From Eledone cirrhosa (taxonomy: Eukaryota), in assembly GCA_964016885.1 (NCBI GenBank), contig OZ024740.1, positions 420,856,001-420,920,000 on the forward strand: DNA of 64,000 bases, read 5' to 3'. Each line of letters begins with the position of its first letter. Position 1 is the first letter of the stretch. The notes beneath the pieces were generated by a model, which saw nothing but the letters and a program-made list of their open reading frames with translations, was not told the DNA's origin and ran no database searches. This document shows, piece after piece, positions 1-13,972 of this stretch. A program made the position numbers and the translations under genes.

Positions 1-61
1 TACACAACTAAGTATTCTATAAGTCTCTAGCTGTGTCATTCTCGATAGAAGCACTGGATAT

Positions 62-104
62 GTAGTCCTGATGAATTCTAACAAGAATGAAACGCGTAGA
101 TTAC
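62..104 (+). ncRNA. Type I hammerhead ribozyme, copy 1
   Basis: gtagtc-CTGATGA-attct(aaca)agaat-GAAA-cgcg-TA-gattac. Stem I is gtagtc/gattac, stem II is 5 bp, stem III is the minimal palindromic ACGCGT. Predicted cleavage after GUA (98). Confidence 0.9.
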
Positions 105-370
105 TTCCCTTGCTTTTATCGAGAATCTAATTGTAATACGTGACGTATTCTATTCTATAGCGATTAGGTCTTCAAATGTTTATTATAAACATACAGAATA
201 TTTTCGAATATTCTATGTCTATACTCACATATATATCGCTATTTCAGAGCATTTATTCCAATTTCTAATTTCTGCCGGACCGGCAACCGCTCTTTCAAAC
301 CAGTTCCAGTACACAACTAAGTATTCTATAAGTCTCTAGCTGTGTCATTCTCGATAGAAGCACTGGATAT

Positions 371-413
371 GTAGTCCTGATGAATTCTAACAAGAATGAA
401 ACGCGTAGATTAC
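371..413 (+). ncRNA. Type I hammerhead ribozyme, copy 2
   Basis: Same sequence as 62-104. Confidence 0.9.
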
Positions 414-680
414 TTCCCTTGCTTTTATCGAGAATCTAATTGTAATACGTGACGTATTCTATTCTATAGCGATTAGGTCTTCAAAATGTTTATTATAAAC
501 ATACAGAATATTTTCGAATATTCTATGTCTATACTCACATATATATCGCTATTTCAGAGCATTTATTCCAATTTCTAATTTCTGCCGGACCGGCAACCGC
601 TCTTTCAAACCAGTTCCAGTACACAACTAAGTATTCTATAAGTCTCTAGCTGTGTCATTCTCGATAGAAGCACTGGATAT

Positions 681-723
681 GTAGTCCTGATGAATTCTAA
701 CAAGAATGAAACGCGTAGATTAC
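681..723 (+). ncRNA. Type I hammerhead ribozyme, copy 3
   Basis: Same sequence as 62-104. Confidence 0.9.
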
Positions 724-990
724 TTCCCTTGCTTTTATCGAGAATCTAATTGTAATACGTGACGTATTCTATTCTATAGCGATTAGGTCTTCAAAATGTT
801 TATTATAAACATACAGAATATTTTCGAATATTCTATGTCTATACTCACATATATATCGCTATTTCAGAGCATTTATTCCAATTTCTAATTTCTGCCGGAC
901 CGGCAACCGCTCTTTCAAACCAGTTCCAGTACACAACTAAGTATTCTATAAGTCTCTAGCTGTGTCATTCTCGATAGAAGCACTGGATAT

Positions 991-1033
991 GTAGTCCTGA
1001 TGAATTCTAACAAGAATGAAACGCGTAGATTAC
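991..1033 (+). ncRNA. Type I hammerhead ribozyme, copy 4
   Basis: Same sequence as 62-104. Confidence 0.9.
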
Positions 1034-1300
1034 TTCCCTTGCTTTTATCGAGAATCTAATTGTAATACGTGACGTATTCTATTCTATAGCGATTAGGTCT
1101 TCAAAATGTTTATTATAAACATACAGAATATTTTCGAATATTCTATGTCTATACTCACATATATATCGCTATTTCAGAGCATTTATTCCAATTTCTAATT
1201 TCTGCCGGACCGGCAACCGCTCTTTCAAACCAGTTCCAGTACACAACTAAGTATTCTATAAGTCTCTAGCTGTGTCATTCTCGATAGAAGCACTGGATAT

Positions 1301-1343
1301 GTAGTCCTGATGAATTCTAACAAGAATGAAACGCGTAGATTAC
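1301..1343 (+). ncRNA. Type I hammerhead ribozyme, copy 5
   Basis: Same sequence as 62-104. Confidence 0.9.
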
Positions 1344-1610
1344 TTCCCTTGCTTTTATCGAGAATCTAATTGTAATACGTGACGTATTCTATTCTATAGC
1401 GATTAGGTCTTCAAAATGTTTATTATAAACATACAGAATATTTTCGAATATTCTATGTCTATACTCACATATATATCGCTATTTCAGAGCATTTATTCCA
1501 ATTTCTAATTTCTGCCGGACCGGCAACCGCTCTTTCAAACCAGTTCCAGTACACAACTAAGTATTCTATAAGTCTCTAGCTGTGTCATTCTCGATAGAAG
1601 CACTGGATAT

Positions 1611-1653
1611 GTAGTCCTGATGAATTCTAACAAGAATGAAACGCGTAGATTAC
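1611..1653 (+). ncRNA. Type I hammerhead ribozyme, copy 6
   Basis: Same sequence as 62-104. Confidence 0.9.
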
Positions 1654-1920
1654 TTCCCTTGCTTTTATCGAGAATCTAATTGTAATACGTGACGTATTCT
1701 ATTCTATAGCGATTAGGTCTTCAAAATGTTTATTATAAACATACAGAATATTTTCGAATATTCTATGTCTATACTCACATATATATCGCTATTTCAGAGC
1801 ATTTATTCCAATTTCTAATTTCTGCCGGACCGGCAACCGCTCTTTCAAACCAGTTCCAGTACACAACTAAGTATTCTATAAGTCTCTAGCTGTGTCATTC
1901 TCGATAGAAGCACTGGATAT

Positions 1921-1963
1921 GTAGTCCTGATGAATTCTAACAAGAATGAAACGCGTAGATTAC
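1921..1963 (+). ncRNA. Type I hammerhead ribozyme, copy 7
   Basis: Same sequence as 62-104. Confidence 0.9.
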
Positions 1964-2230
1964 TTCCCTTGCTTTTATCGAGAATCTAATTGTAATACGT
2001 GACGTATTCTATTCTATAGCGATTAGGTCTTCAAAATGTTTATTATAAACATACAGAATATTTTCGAATATTCTATGTCTATACTCACATATATATCGCT
2101 ATTTCAGAGCATTTATTCCAATTTCTAATTTCTGCCGGACCGGCAACCGCTCTTTCAAACCAGTTCCAGTACACAACTAAGTATTCTATAAGTCTCTAGC
2201 TGTGTCATTCTCGATAGAAGCACTGGATAT

Positions 2231-2273
2231 GTAGTCCTGATGAATTCTAACAAGAATGAAACGCGTAGATTAC
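2231..2273 (+). ncRNA. Type I hammerhead ribozyme, copy 8
   Basis: Same sequence as 62-104. Confidence 0.9.
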
Positions 2274-2388
2274 TTCCCTTGCTTTTATCGAGAATCTAAT
2301 TGTAATACGTGACGTATTCTATTCTATAGCGATTAGGTCTTCAAAATGTTTATTATAAACATACAGAATATTTTCGAATATTCTATGT

Positions 2389-5492
<3,104 letters not shown>

Positions 5493-5494
5493 CA

Positions 5495-6209
5495 TCCGCT
5501 GGATGTGTAACAGTAATATACGTGAACGGCAAAGCATAAACGAACTAAGGAATAAATTAGAGATAAGAGGGATCAGATGTTGTTTACTCGAGAGAAGGCT
5601 ACGTTGGTATGGACACGTGATGCGCATGAAAGTCGATAGCTGTATAACAAAGTGCAGGGCAATAAAGATAGACGGTAGTCACGGAATAGGCAGACCTAGA
5701 AAAACCTGGGACGAGCTGATAAACTCCGACATCACACACTTACACCTCTCCAAGACAATGTCACTGGACCGAGACCTTTGGCGGTACTCAGTAACAGAGA
5801 AGACCCGCCTTACCTAAATATATAGTAAAACCTACTCCAGCCAGTAGGCATCTCTAACAAATACACCCCGTCCCACCACCCCCACCCGATCCACACCACC
5901 CCGTTCTATGTAAAGTTATGTTGGTGCCGCGCCATCGAGGCCGAAACAAATGAGATCGTGTAGGTGTCACGACAAAAAAACACACAGTCCACGCTGTAAT
6001 GTGGCCGTGTAGGCAACACGGTAAAAACCTCCCAGACCCACACTGTAAATGTGGTTGGTGTTAGGAAGGGCATCCAACTGTAGAAAACCTGCCAGACAGT
6101 CCTATGCGAGCAAGACAATCACTCTTGCCTCAAGTGGGACTACCCCCGTCCAAACCCATGCAAGCGTGGAACACGGACGTTAAACGTTGATGATGATGAT
6201 GATGATGAT
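5495..6209 (+). mobile_element. 5'-truncated RTE-clade LINE (ORF2 C-terminus, 3' UTR, (GAT)n tail)
   Basis: Encodes RWMCNS...[11 protein letters not shown]...GRPRKTW...DRDLWR, the typical RTE C-terminus. Near-identical to 25684-26370. Confidence 0.95.
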
Positions 6210-6237
6210 ATATATATATATATATATATATGCATAT

Positions 6238-7722
6238 ATCATCATCATCAACGTTTAACGTCCGTGTTCCACGCTTGCATTGGTTTGGACGGGGGTAGTC
6301 CCACTTGAGGCAAGAGTGATTGTCTTGCTCGCATAGGACTGTCTGGCAGGTTTTCTACAGTTGGATGCCCTTCCTAACACCAACCACATTTACAGTGTGG
6401 GACTGGGAGGCTTTTACTGTGTTGCCTACACGGCCACATTACAGCGTGGACTGTGTGTTTTTTTGTCGTGACACCTACACGATCTCATTTGTTTCGGCCT
6501 GGATGGTGTGGCACCAACACAACTTTACATAGAACGGGGTGGCGTGGATGGGGTGGGGGTGGTGGGACGGGGGGGGGGGGTATTTTGTTAGAGATGCCTA
6601 CTGGCTGTAGTAGGTTTTACTATGTATTTAGGTAAGGCCGGTCTTCTCTGTTACTGAGTACCGCCAAAGGTCTCGGTCCAGTGACATTGTCTTGGAGAGG
6701 TGTAAGTGTGTGAGGTCGGAGTTTATCAGCTCGTCCCAGGTTTTTCTAGGTCTGCCTATTCCGTGGCTACCGTCTATCTTTATTGCCCTGCACTTTGTTA
6801 TACAGCTATCGACTTTCATGCGCATCACGTGTCCATACCAACGTAGCCTTCTCTCGAGTAAACAACATCTGATCCCTCTTATCTCTAATTTTTTCCTTAG
6901 TTCGTTTATGCTTTGCCGTTCACGTATATTACTGTTACACATCCAGCGGAGCATGCAAGCTTCGTTCCTCTCTAGTCTGCGTATATCCTCTGCACACAAT
7001 GCCCAGGTCTCACTGCCATGCAGCATTGTTGTTCGTATGCAGGCATCATACAGCCTGCCTTTCATTTTTAGAGAACCCTTTAGCGGCCAATGGTGGGATA
7101 AGCTCTCTGAACTTTTTCCATCCAGTTCTGACTCTAGCTACTGTACTTTCAGAGCACCCTCCCCCACTGCTGATTTTATCACCCAGGTAACGGAAGCTGT
7201 CCACTATTTCTATAGAACCCTCTGCGCAATTGAAAGAGCTAGTATTCTGTGGGCACTTGCTGCTACTTATTGCACCAGAACACCGGCCACATGTAAAATC
7301 TATGTTCTTAGCTTACCTGTGATCCCACTACATCTTTTATGCACCCATACTTTGCATTTAGGACATAAAATGGAGTTTCTACCTACGCCTTTCCTACACA
7401 CCGAGCACGACCATTTCCCAGAAGGGATCGCCGCCTTGTTTTCTTTCCTACAAACTAGTACTTTGGTCTTAGCCAGGTTAATTTTAAGTCCTTTTGACTC
7501 TAGGCCGTGCTTCCATGTTTGGAATTTCTTCTCTAGCTTGGCCATTGATTCCGCTATGAGTGTCAGGTCGTCTGCGTATAGGAGTTCCCATGGGCAGCCT
7601 GTCTTGAACTCCTCTGTTATAGCCTGAAGGGCAATAATAAATAGTAGGGGGCTGAGAACAGAGCCCTGATGGACGCCAACTATTACGCTAAACTCTTCAC
7701 TATATTCGTTGTTAATTCTAAC
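6238..7722 (-). mobile_element. 5'-truncated, frameshifted RTE-clade LINE
   Basis: ORF pieces GVHQGSVLSPLLF, LLYADD and RWYGHVMR; small deletions near 7070 and 7310; (ATC)n tail at 6238. Confidence 0.95.
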
Positions 7723-7739
7723 ATATATGTTAATTCTAA

Positions 7740-7836
7740 TATATATATATATACATATACATGTATATATACATATACATATACATGTATATATACATAT
7801 ACATGTATATATACATATACATACATATATATACAT
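7740..7836. repeat. TATACA/TACATG low-complexity repeat
   Basis: Repeats of atatacatatacatgt. Confidence 0.85.
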
Positions 7837-8156
7837 GTCTTGTTCACCTTATCGCTTCAATTATTTGTCCACAGCATTCCAGTTGGATTTTAAATGTTTT
7901 GTGCGCGGGCGCCACACACACACACACAGGTGTTCGTTTATATATATATAGTTTTATTTTACCTTATACTTCTCTCTAAATAAAACATCTCTCTCTTGCT
8001 CTCACTCCCTCCCTCTGTCTCTCATCGTTCCCTCTCTCTCTGCTACCTGTTGTCAAGCTATACATATACATACTGAGTGCTGTGTTTTCTGAGGTTTTAG
8101 TTCTTCTCTTTCCCTCCCTTCACCCCCTCTCTCTCTTTATATATATATATATATAT

Positions 8157-8500
8157 ATCACAATCTCGTTTAACGTCCATTTTCCATGCTAGCATGGGTT
8201 AGACGGGTTGTCCAGTTTGAGGCAAGTCGGGTCAGTTGACCATGTCTTGGTCTTACAGAACTGTAGAGTTCTTTTAATCCTTTATTAGGCAAGTTTTCTA
8301 TTGTTGGATGTTGCCATCCACTTTCAGGATGTACTGAGTGTGTTTATCTTTTAGATAACTGACACAAGAGAGGTTGTCGTGCCCTTGACACAACTGAAGA
8401 GTCCTCTCCACCCTTTCTTCATATCTTTTCTATAACTGATGTTCTTCCTATCACAAACCACCTTACAGGGTGTACTGAGTACATTTTTTGTGGCACCACC
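8157..8500 (-). mobile_element. Diverged RTE 3'-UTR fragment
   Basis: gtttaacgtccattttccatgctagcatgggttagacgggttgtcc matches the reverse complement of the 3' end at 35100-35160. The right boundary is approximate. Confidence 0.7.
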
Positions 8501-8516
8501 ACCATTTTATATATAT

Positions 8517-8845
8517 ATCATCATCATCACTGTTTTACATCGATTCTTCCTCGCTAGCATTGGTTAGACAGGTTGTCCTGTTGTGGGCAATGTTAAGTCG
8601 GCTGACCTTGTCTTACTCGAACTGATTCTGGCTTGATTTCTACAGCTGGATGCCCTTCCTAACACCAACCTCATTTACAGTGAGTGCTGGGTGCTTTTTA
8701 TCTGTGGTGCCTACACGTCCACTTTACAGTGTGGTCTGGGTGCTTTTTTGTTGTGACACCTTCATGACCACTTTGCAGTGGGAGGGGATGGGGGCATATT
8801 GCCTATATGCTTCGGCTTCGGCTTGTTCCCGTGGGAAGTTGGGTC
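8517..8845 (-). mobile_element. RTE subfamily-2 3'-UTR fragment
   Basis: (ATC)n tail followed by ggatgcccttcctaacaccaacc; collinear with the reverse complement of 34765-35177. Confidence 0.88.
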
Positions 8846-9404
8846 TTATATATATCTATCTATTTATATATATATATATAAATACTTTGTTGCAAGTAAC
8901 TTTGCATCCTTATCTTATTTGCTTGAAAGTTCACCAACTCCCTAAATTTTCAATACTTTCACTTCCAATTACAGGTAGTCTCGGTTCCCAAATAATAGGG
9001 CGGCGTTGGAAAATTGGTTATTTTCTAGATTGTCACCATTGATTTAAAAAAAACAAAAACAACAGAATTAGCTGTTTAGTTTACATATTGAGACCCCAAC
9101 CCACCCTGTTTATTTTATAACGTATGGGATTTCTAGTAATGTACTTCTTTTTTTTGTCATTTATAATGTTTTTTATTGTATACAGAAAATTAATTGTTGC
9201 AGGAATGCTACCACTTAGAATAAAATTTCACCATTATTAAATTTCGTTAGTAAGATGGGGGTGGAAAAAAATCTGAAAAATTAATAAGCGAGTGGGGATG
9301 ATTATTCAAGACCCGAGAGTATATAGGATGTAATTATAATGAAGATGACACCATATTTATTTTGTTCTATGAAGCATCCAGAAGTTCAGTTAACACAGGT
9401 GTAT

Positions 9405-10270
9405 TAAACTGAATAACATATATACTAAGTGGAATACCTGAAGACTGACCAATACTGGAATAATAACATATATAGTAAGACTGACCAATACTAGAATAAT
9501 AGCATCTATAGTAAGACTGACCAATATTGGAATAACATATAGTAAGACTGACCAATATTGGAATAATAACATATATACTAAGACTGACCAATGTTGGAAT
9601 AACGTAAATACTAAGACTGACCAATACTGGAATAACATATATTAGGCACCTCTTAACCAAATATACACCCCAACCCACTACCCCTACTCCATCCTCCCAC
9701 TCCTACCAACACCACCCTTTCTCTGTAAAGTTGGTACCACAACATCCAGTCCAAAATAAATGAGGTTGTGTAGATGTCATGACAAAAAAACACACAGTCC
9801 ACGCTGTAATGTGGCCGTGTAGGTAACATGGTAAAAAGCTCCCAGTCCACACTGTAAACGTGGTTGGTGTTAGGAAGGGCATCCAACCATAGAAAACCTG
9901 CCAGATAGTCCTATACGAGCGAGACACAGTCACCCGACTAATCTTGCCTCAAGTGGGACAACTCCTGTCTAACCCATGCTAACATGGAAGATAGGCATTA
10001 AACGACGATGATGATGACTAAGACTGACCAATGCTGGAATAATAACATATATACTAAGACTGACCAATGCTGGAATAATAACATATATACTAAGACTGAC
10101 CAATGCTGGAATAATAACATATATACTAAGACTGACCAATGCTGGAATAATAACATATATACTAAGACTAACCAATGCTGGAATAACATATATACTAAGA
10201 CTGACCAATGCTGGAATAACATATATACTAAGACTGACCAATGCTGGAATAACATATATACTAAGACTAA
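9405..10270 (+). repeat. 33/36-bp minisatellite (ctaagactgaccaatgctggaat[aat]aacatatata) split by an RTE fragment
   Basis: Diverged units at 9405-9642 and homogeneous units at 10018-10270. Confidence 0.93.
9643..10017 (+). mobile_element. RTE 3'-UTR fragment
   Basis: Collinear with 5846-6209; ends gacgatgatgatga. Confidence 0.9.
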
Positions 10271-10769
10271 CAGATTGTTGGCTCTAAGTGAAAGAAAAAA
10301 AATAACAAACAAAAACAAAACGAGATCTTGAGAGATGTGTTCCAGTGAAGGATTTAGAAAAGAATTCTGTGTAATAAGAGGTGTGTTAACGAGAGTGAGA
10401 TTATGTAGCAATGGTATTTAATTAGCTAGTGGGACAGACTGATTTAGTAATGGCATTGATAATTGTATTAGAGATGTACTAAGTAGTTTGATTTTTATTT
10501 GGTTGAACATACAGAAAAATAAATTAGTATTGGAAAGGACTATAAATGCCATAAATGAGAGAAAAAGGTGAGGAAGAGCAAGGATTACTAGACAAAGAAA
10601 GAAAGGGGAAGAGGGTGACAGACTCTACATCTAGGTCAGAGCAGTGTTTTCACTGTAAACATGTAATCAGAATCTTTATAATATTTAAATTAATTCCTTT
10701 TTTCAAAGATCAATTAAACACATGCCCTCTCAGGTGGGTAGGAGGGTCTCTCTTCTATTTTGACACCCT

Positions 10770-10999
10770 TTAACCTTTTCATGCACTTCTAATGAAATAC
10801 AATCTATTTTAATTAATTAATGAAGAATTTTGAAGGATTTACTAAAATTATTAATCATTTCATTACTAAGATAGTAACTTAATGCAAGGGTCTTATATAA
10901 AATTATGTTGGAAGATTTTAATACAAATTGGAAACCTTTAAAATGGGTGGCTTTATTTCATAGAACCAGAGCTGGTTTGGCTGGTAACTAAAGGGTTAA
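10770..10999. mobile_element. piggyBac-like MITE, family B
   Basis: TTAAcctttt...taaagggTTAA ends; the interior is similar to 44324-44517. Confidence 0.65.
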
Positions 11000-11219
11000 C
11001 CCACAGGGAGTTACACCCTTTGGACAGTGTCAAGTACTTACTGGTTATGTCAATCAGTATGTTCACATACCAGGAATAGAGTTATATTACATTGGTAGAC
11101 TTAGATTGTGTGTCTTAGGAAATAGTTTCTTATGTATTTCTACATGTTGAAACTGTGTTTTCTCATATTCTGTTATCCATGGTTTTCTTGTTCCAGCATA
11201 CACGGCTATCTGTAAGAAT

Positions 11220-11552
11220 GGTTTCTGATTTAGGCTCATGGTTAACAATTTTGGTGGAGGGGAAAGTCAATTAAATCGACTCCAGTGTGTTACTGGTACT
11301 TTATTTTATCGACCCCAGAAGGGTAAAAGGCAAAGCTAACCTCATACTTAACAATAATATAAAATACAATAATTGTTTCTACTTTTGGCACAAGGCCAAC
11401 AATTACCCCAGTGCATTACTGGTACTTTATTCTATTAGCCCCATACGGATGAAAGGCAAAGCTAACCTCGGCGGGATTTGAATTCAGAACGTAAAGGGCC
11501 ATAACTCTATGCTACAAAGCATAATGTTTAACATTCTATCGATTCTGCCAAT
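11220..11552 (-). mobile_element. tRNA-derived SINE family 1 (one fragment plus one copy)
   Basis: tactggtactttattttatcgacccc...aaaggcaaagctaacctc occurs twice; the B-box-like gatttgaattcag is on the minus strand. Confidence 0.85.
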
Positions 11553-11705
11553 GTCTGATTATCAAAACTGATTAATTGATAAACACAGCTGATATTGATT
11601 AATCAGTCAAATGTCTGGTATAGCCAGTAACAATTATCTACTAATTAGTGTAACCCTAGTTTGTTGACCCTGAAATTTGATTATATTTCCATAATATCTC
11701 TCTTC

Positions 11706-11947
11706 TTAACCCTTTAGCATTTAAACTGGCCATATCTGGCCAGAAATCTCTCACTTCTTTCTGTTCAAACTGGCTGTAACCGGACACTTATACTGATGTT
11801 AAGGTATTGTTCTCAACATAGATAATATCAACATCTCATAGATTTGATATTATGTGAGATAATTAGGAGAGATAAAGTGTTTACCATGAAAATATACCAT
11901 GAAAATATAATAGTATATAGAAAGTAATGTAAATGCTAAAGGGTTAA
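11706..11947. mobile_element. piggyBac-like MITE, family A
   Basis: TTAA-ccctttagcattta ... taaatgctaaaggg-TTAA perfect terminal inverted repeats. TTAA target duplication with CCC ends is the piggyBac signature. Confidence 0.88.
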
Positions 11948-12217
11948 ATCTTAACATCCTGTAATAATCTAGCAGAAAATGTCCAAAAATGGACTTGTTA
12001 ATTAAGACGTTTGTAGTATCTTTATTAGTGGACAGATCATTGTGAAAATTTGCAGTAAAGGCTTTAATTTATAAGATATTATAGGCTCTTGTTTGAATAA
12101 AGTTACAGAAATTAAAGCTGATCCTAGTTGAATCCGAGATTTCTTTGTGATATTACTACCAACATAATGTTGATGATAATGTGAATTCTGTTTTTATATA
12201 GACTGAAATGAGAAAGA

Positions 12218-12480
12218 TGGTATGTAGCCTAGTGGTAAGTGGTTGGACTTACGATCATAATATCGTGGGTTCGAATCCTGGACTGGGTTGTGTGTTCTGT
12301 TCTTGAGCAAAACACTTCATTTCACATTGCTCCAGTATACTCAACTGAAAATGAGTACCAGCAATAGCTGCAGTGGACTGGCATCTGTTCATGGGGCTGT
12401 CATGTAATTCCAGTTGCTTATTGCCATGGAAACCAGGATAAGCACTGGCCTGATGAGCCTCTGGCCTCGAGACAAACTTT
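12218..12480 (+). mobile_element. tRNA-derived CORE-like SINE, family 2
   Basis: A box tagcctagtgg, B box ggttcgaatcc, then the CORE-like tgttcttgagcaaaacactt...aaatgagtacc. Confidence 0.85.
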
Positions 12481-12549
12481 AGAAATAAGAAAAGGAAATT
12501 GTAACATTATTCTTTCCTTTGGAACAGATCTCCATTGGTTTTGAAGATG

Positions 12550-12856
12550 TGTGTTCCAGTTGTTCAATTAATGGAACAGCTCGCTCATGAAATTGTGTAA
12601 GTGGCTGAGCATTCCACAGACACATATACGCTTAATACAATTCTCAGAGAGATTTAGTATGACAAGTGTGTGACATGGCTAGCCCTTTGACTTACAGGTA
12701 CTGTCCATCTGACGGGTTTCTATCAACCCAATTTCTCTCACAAGGCTTGTGTTGACCAGAGGCTGTGGTAAAGGATACTTGGCCAAGATACCACACTGAG
12801 ATTGAAGCAGGGACCTAATGATTGTGGAGTGAATTTCTTAACCATTCAACCATGCT
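12550..12856 (-). mobile_element. Old SINE fragments (body fragment plus tRNA-like head)
   Basis: The head (gattgaagcagggacc...cttaaccattcaaccatgc) is similar to 46560-46630. Family assignment is from memory. Confidence 0.55.
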
Positions 12857-13062
12857 GTGACCATGTTCTTTCCTTTCTTTTTTTACATGGTCCCTACTAA
12901 TTCCTGTGAGAGTCATTGGGGTGCCATATTCACATACAGCATTTCTAGGGTTTATGTGTTTTTTTTTAAACCTGGTGGAGCCCATCTAGTCTCCAGGTCA
13001 GAATACATAAGATTTCTTCCAAGAAGGATAGAGAGAGAGAGAGTAGAAGTGAGAAAGAGATA

Positions 13063-13232
13063 AGGAGGAAGAATCAACCCCAGTACTAAACTGGTATTTT
13101 TTTTATCGACCTGGAATAGATGAAAGACAAAGTTGACCTCGGTAGGATTTGAACTGGGAGACCAGAGAGACGGAACGGATACCATAAAGTATTCTATCCT
13201 GTATTCTAACAACTCTACAGATTTGCTGCCTC
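13063..13232 (-). mobile_element. SINE family 1-like copy
   Basis: ctggtattttttttatcgacc...gatgaaagacaaagttgacctcggtaggatttgaact. Confidence 0.8.
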
Positions 13233-13314
13233 ATTCTTTCATTTACTAAACTTCTAGATGAAGCTGATCAGTTTTAACAGGGAACAGGGAACCAAAACTG
13301 GATTCTAGACTTGT

Positions 13315-13540
13315 TTAACCTTTAGCATCTACATTACTCTATATTTACTATTGTATTTTCGTGGTAGGCTTTACCTCACATAATTATCTCACATAATATT
13401 GTATCTATGGGATTTTGATATTATTTACTTTGAGAATAATACCTTAACGTCGGTATGAACGGCCAGATACAGCTGGTTTGAACAGAAAGAGGTGAGGGTA
13501 TTCTGGCCGGATACGGCGAGTTTAAATGTTAATGGGTTAA
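13315..13540. mobile_element. piggyBac-like MITE, family A
   Basis: ttaacctttagcat...aaatgttaatgggttaa; reverse orientation relative to 11706-11947. Confidence 0.85.
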
Positions 13541-13972
13541 TGAATATTTACCATTTTCCATTCCATGGCTACTACTAAATATTAAAAACAACAGTTTATT
13601 TTGGCTGTATATGAGGTTAATTTGTAAGAGTTAACGAAGTACTTAATTAACCTACCTTTCTATATAATTAGTACTTTAACACCTGAATAATGAAAAGCAG
13701 AGTTGTTGTTGCTTAGTCCAAGGTCAACTTTAATTAAATTGACCTATGATCAAAGACATTCCTGATATGGCCATCCTGTTGTTTTTTTTATATTTATGAC
13801 TACAGTCTTCTCTATCTCCTTCCTTTTTTAACCCTTTTGATACAAAACCCTCCTAAAGCCATCTGTAATACTGTAGTTTTAATTGTTTAAAACTTGTTGG
13901 TATGTATGATTTCCTACATGAGGATGATATGGTTAATATTTAACTTGGACTTCTGGTTGACATTTTGTTAGA

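Noticed and set aside
9405-10270. 36-bp repeats of CRISPR-like length
   Set aside because: The units are contiguous with no unique spacers, there are no cas genes, and the context is eukaryotic.
12218-12290. tRNA gene
   Set aside because: A and B boxes are present, but the sequence continues into a SINE body and has no clean acceptor stem.
12446-12476. CTGATGAG in the SINE family 2 tail (also ~62909) as a possible HHR
   Set aside because: No GAAA after a stem II (gaga/ggga instead) and no stem I or III.
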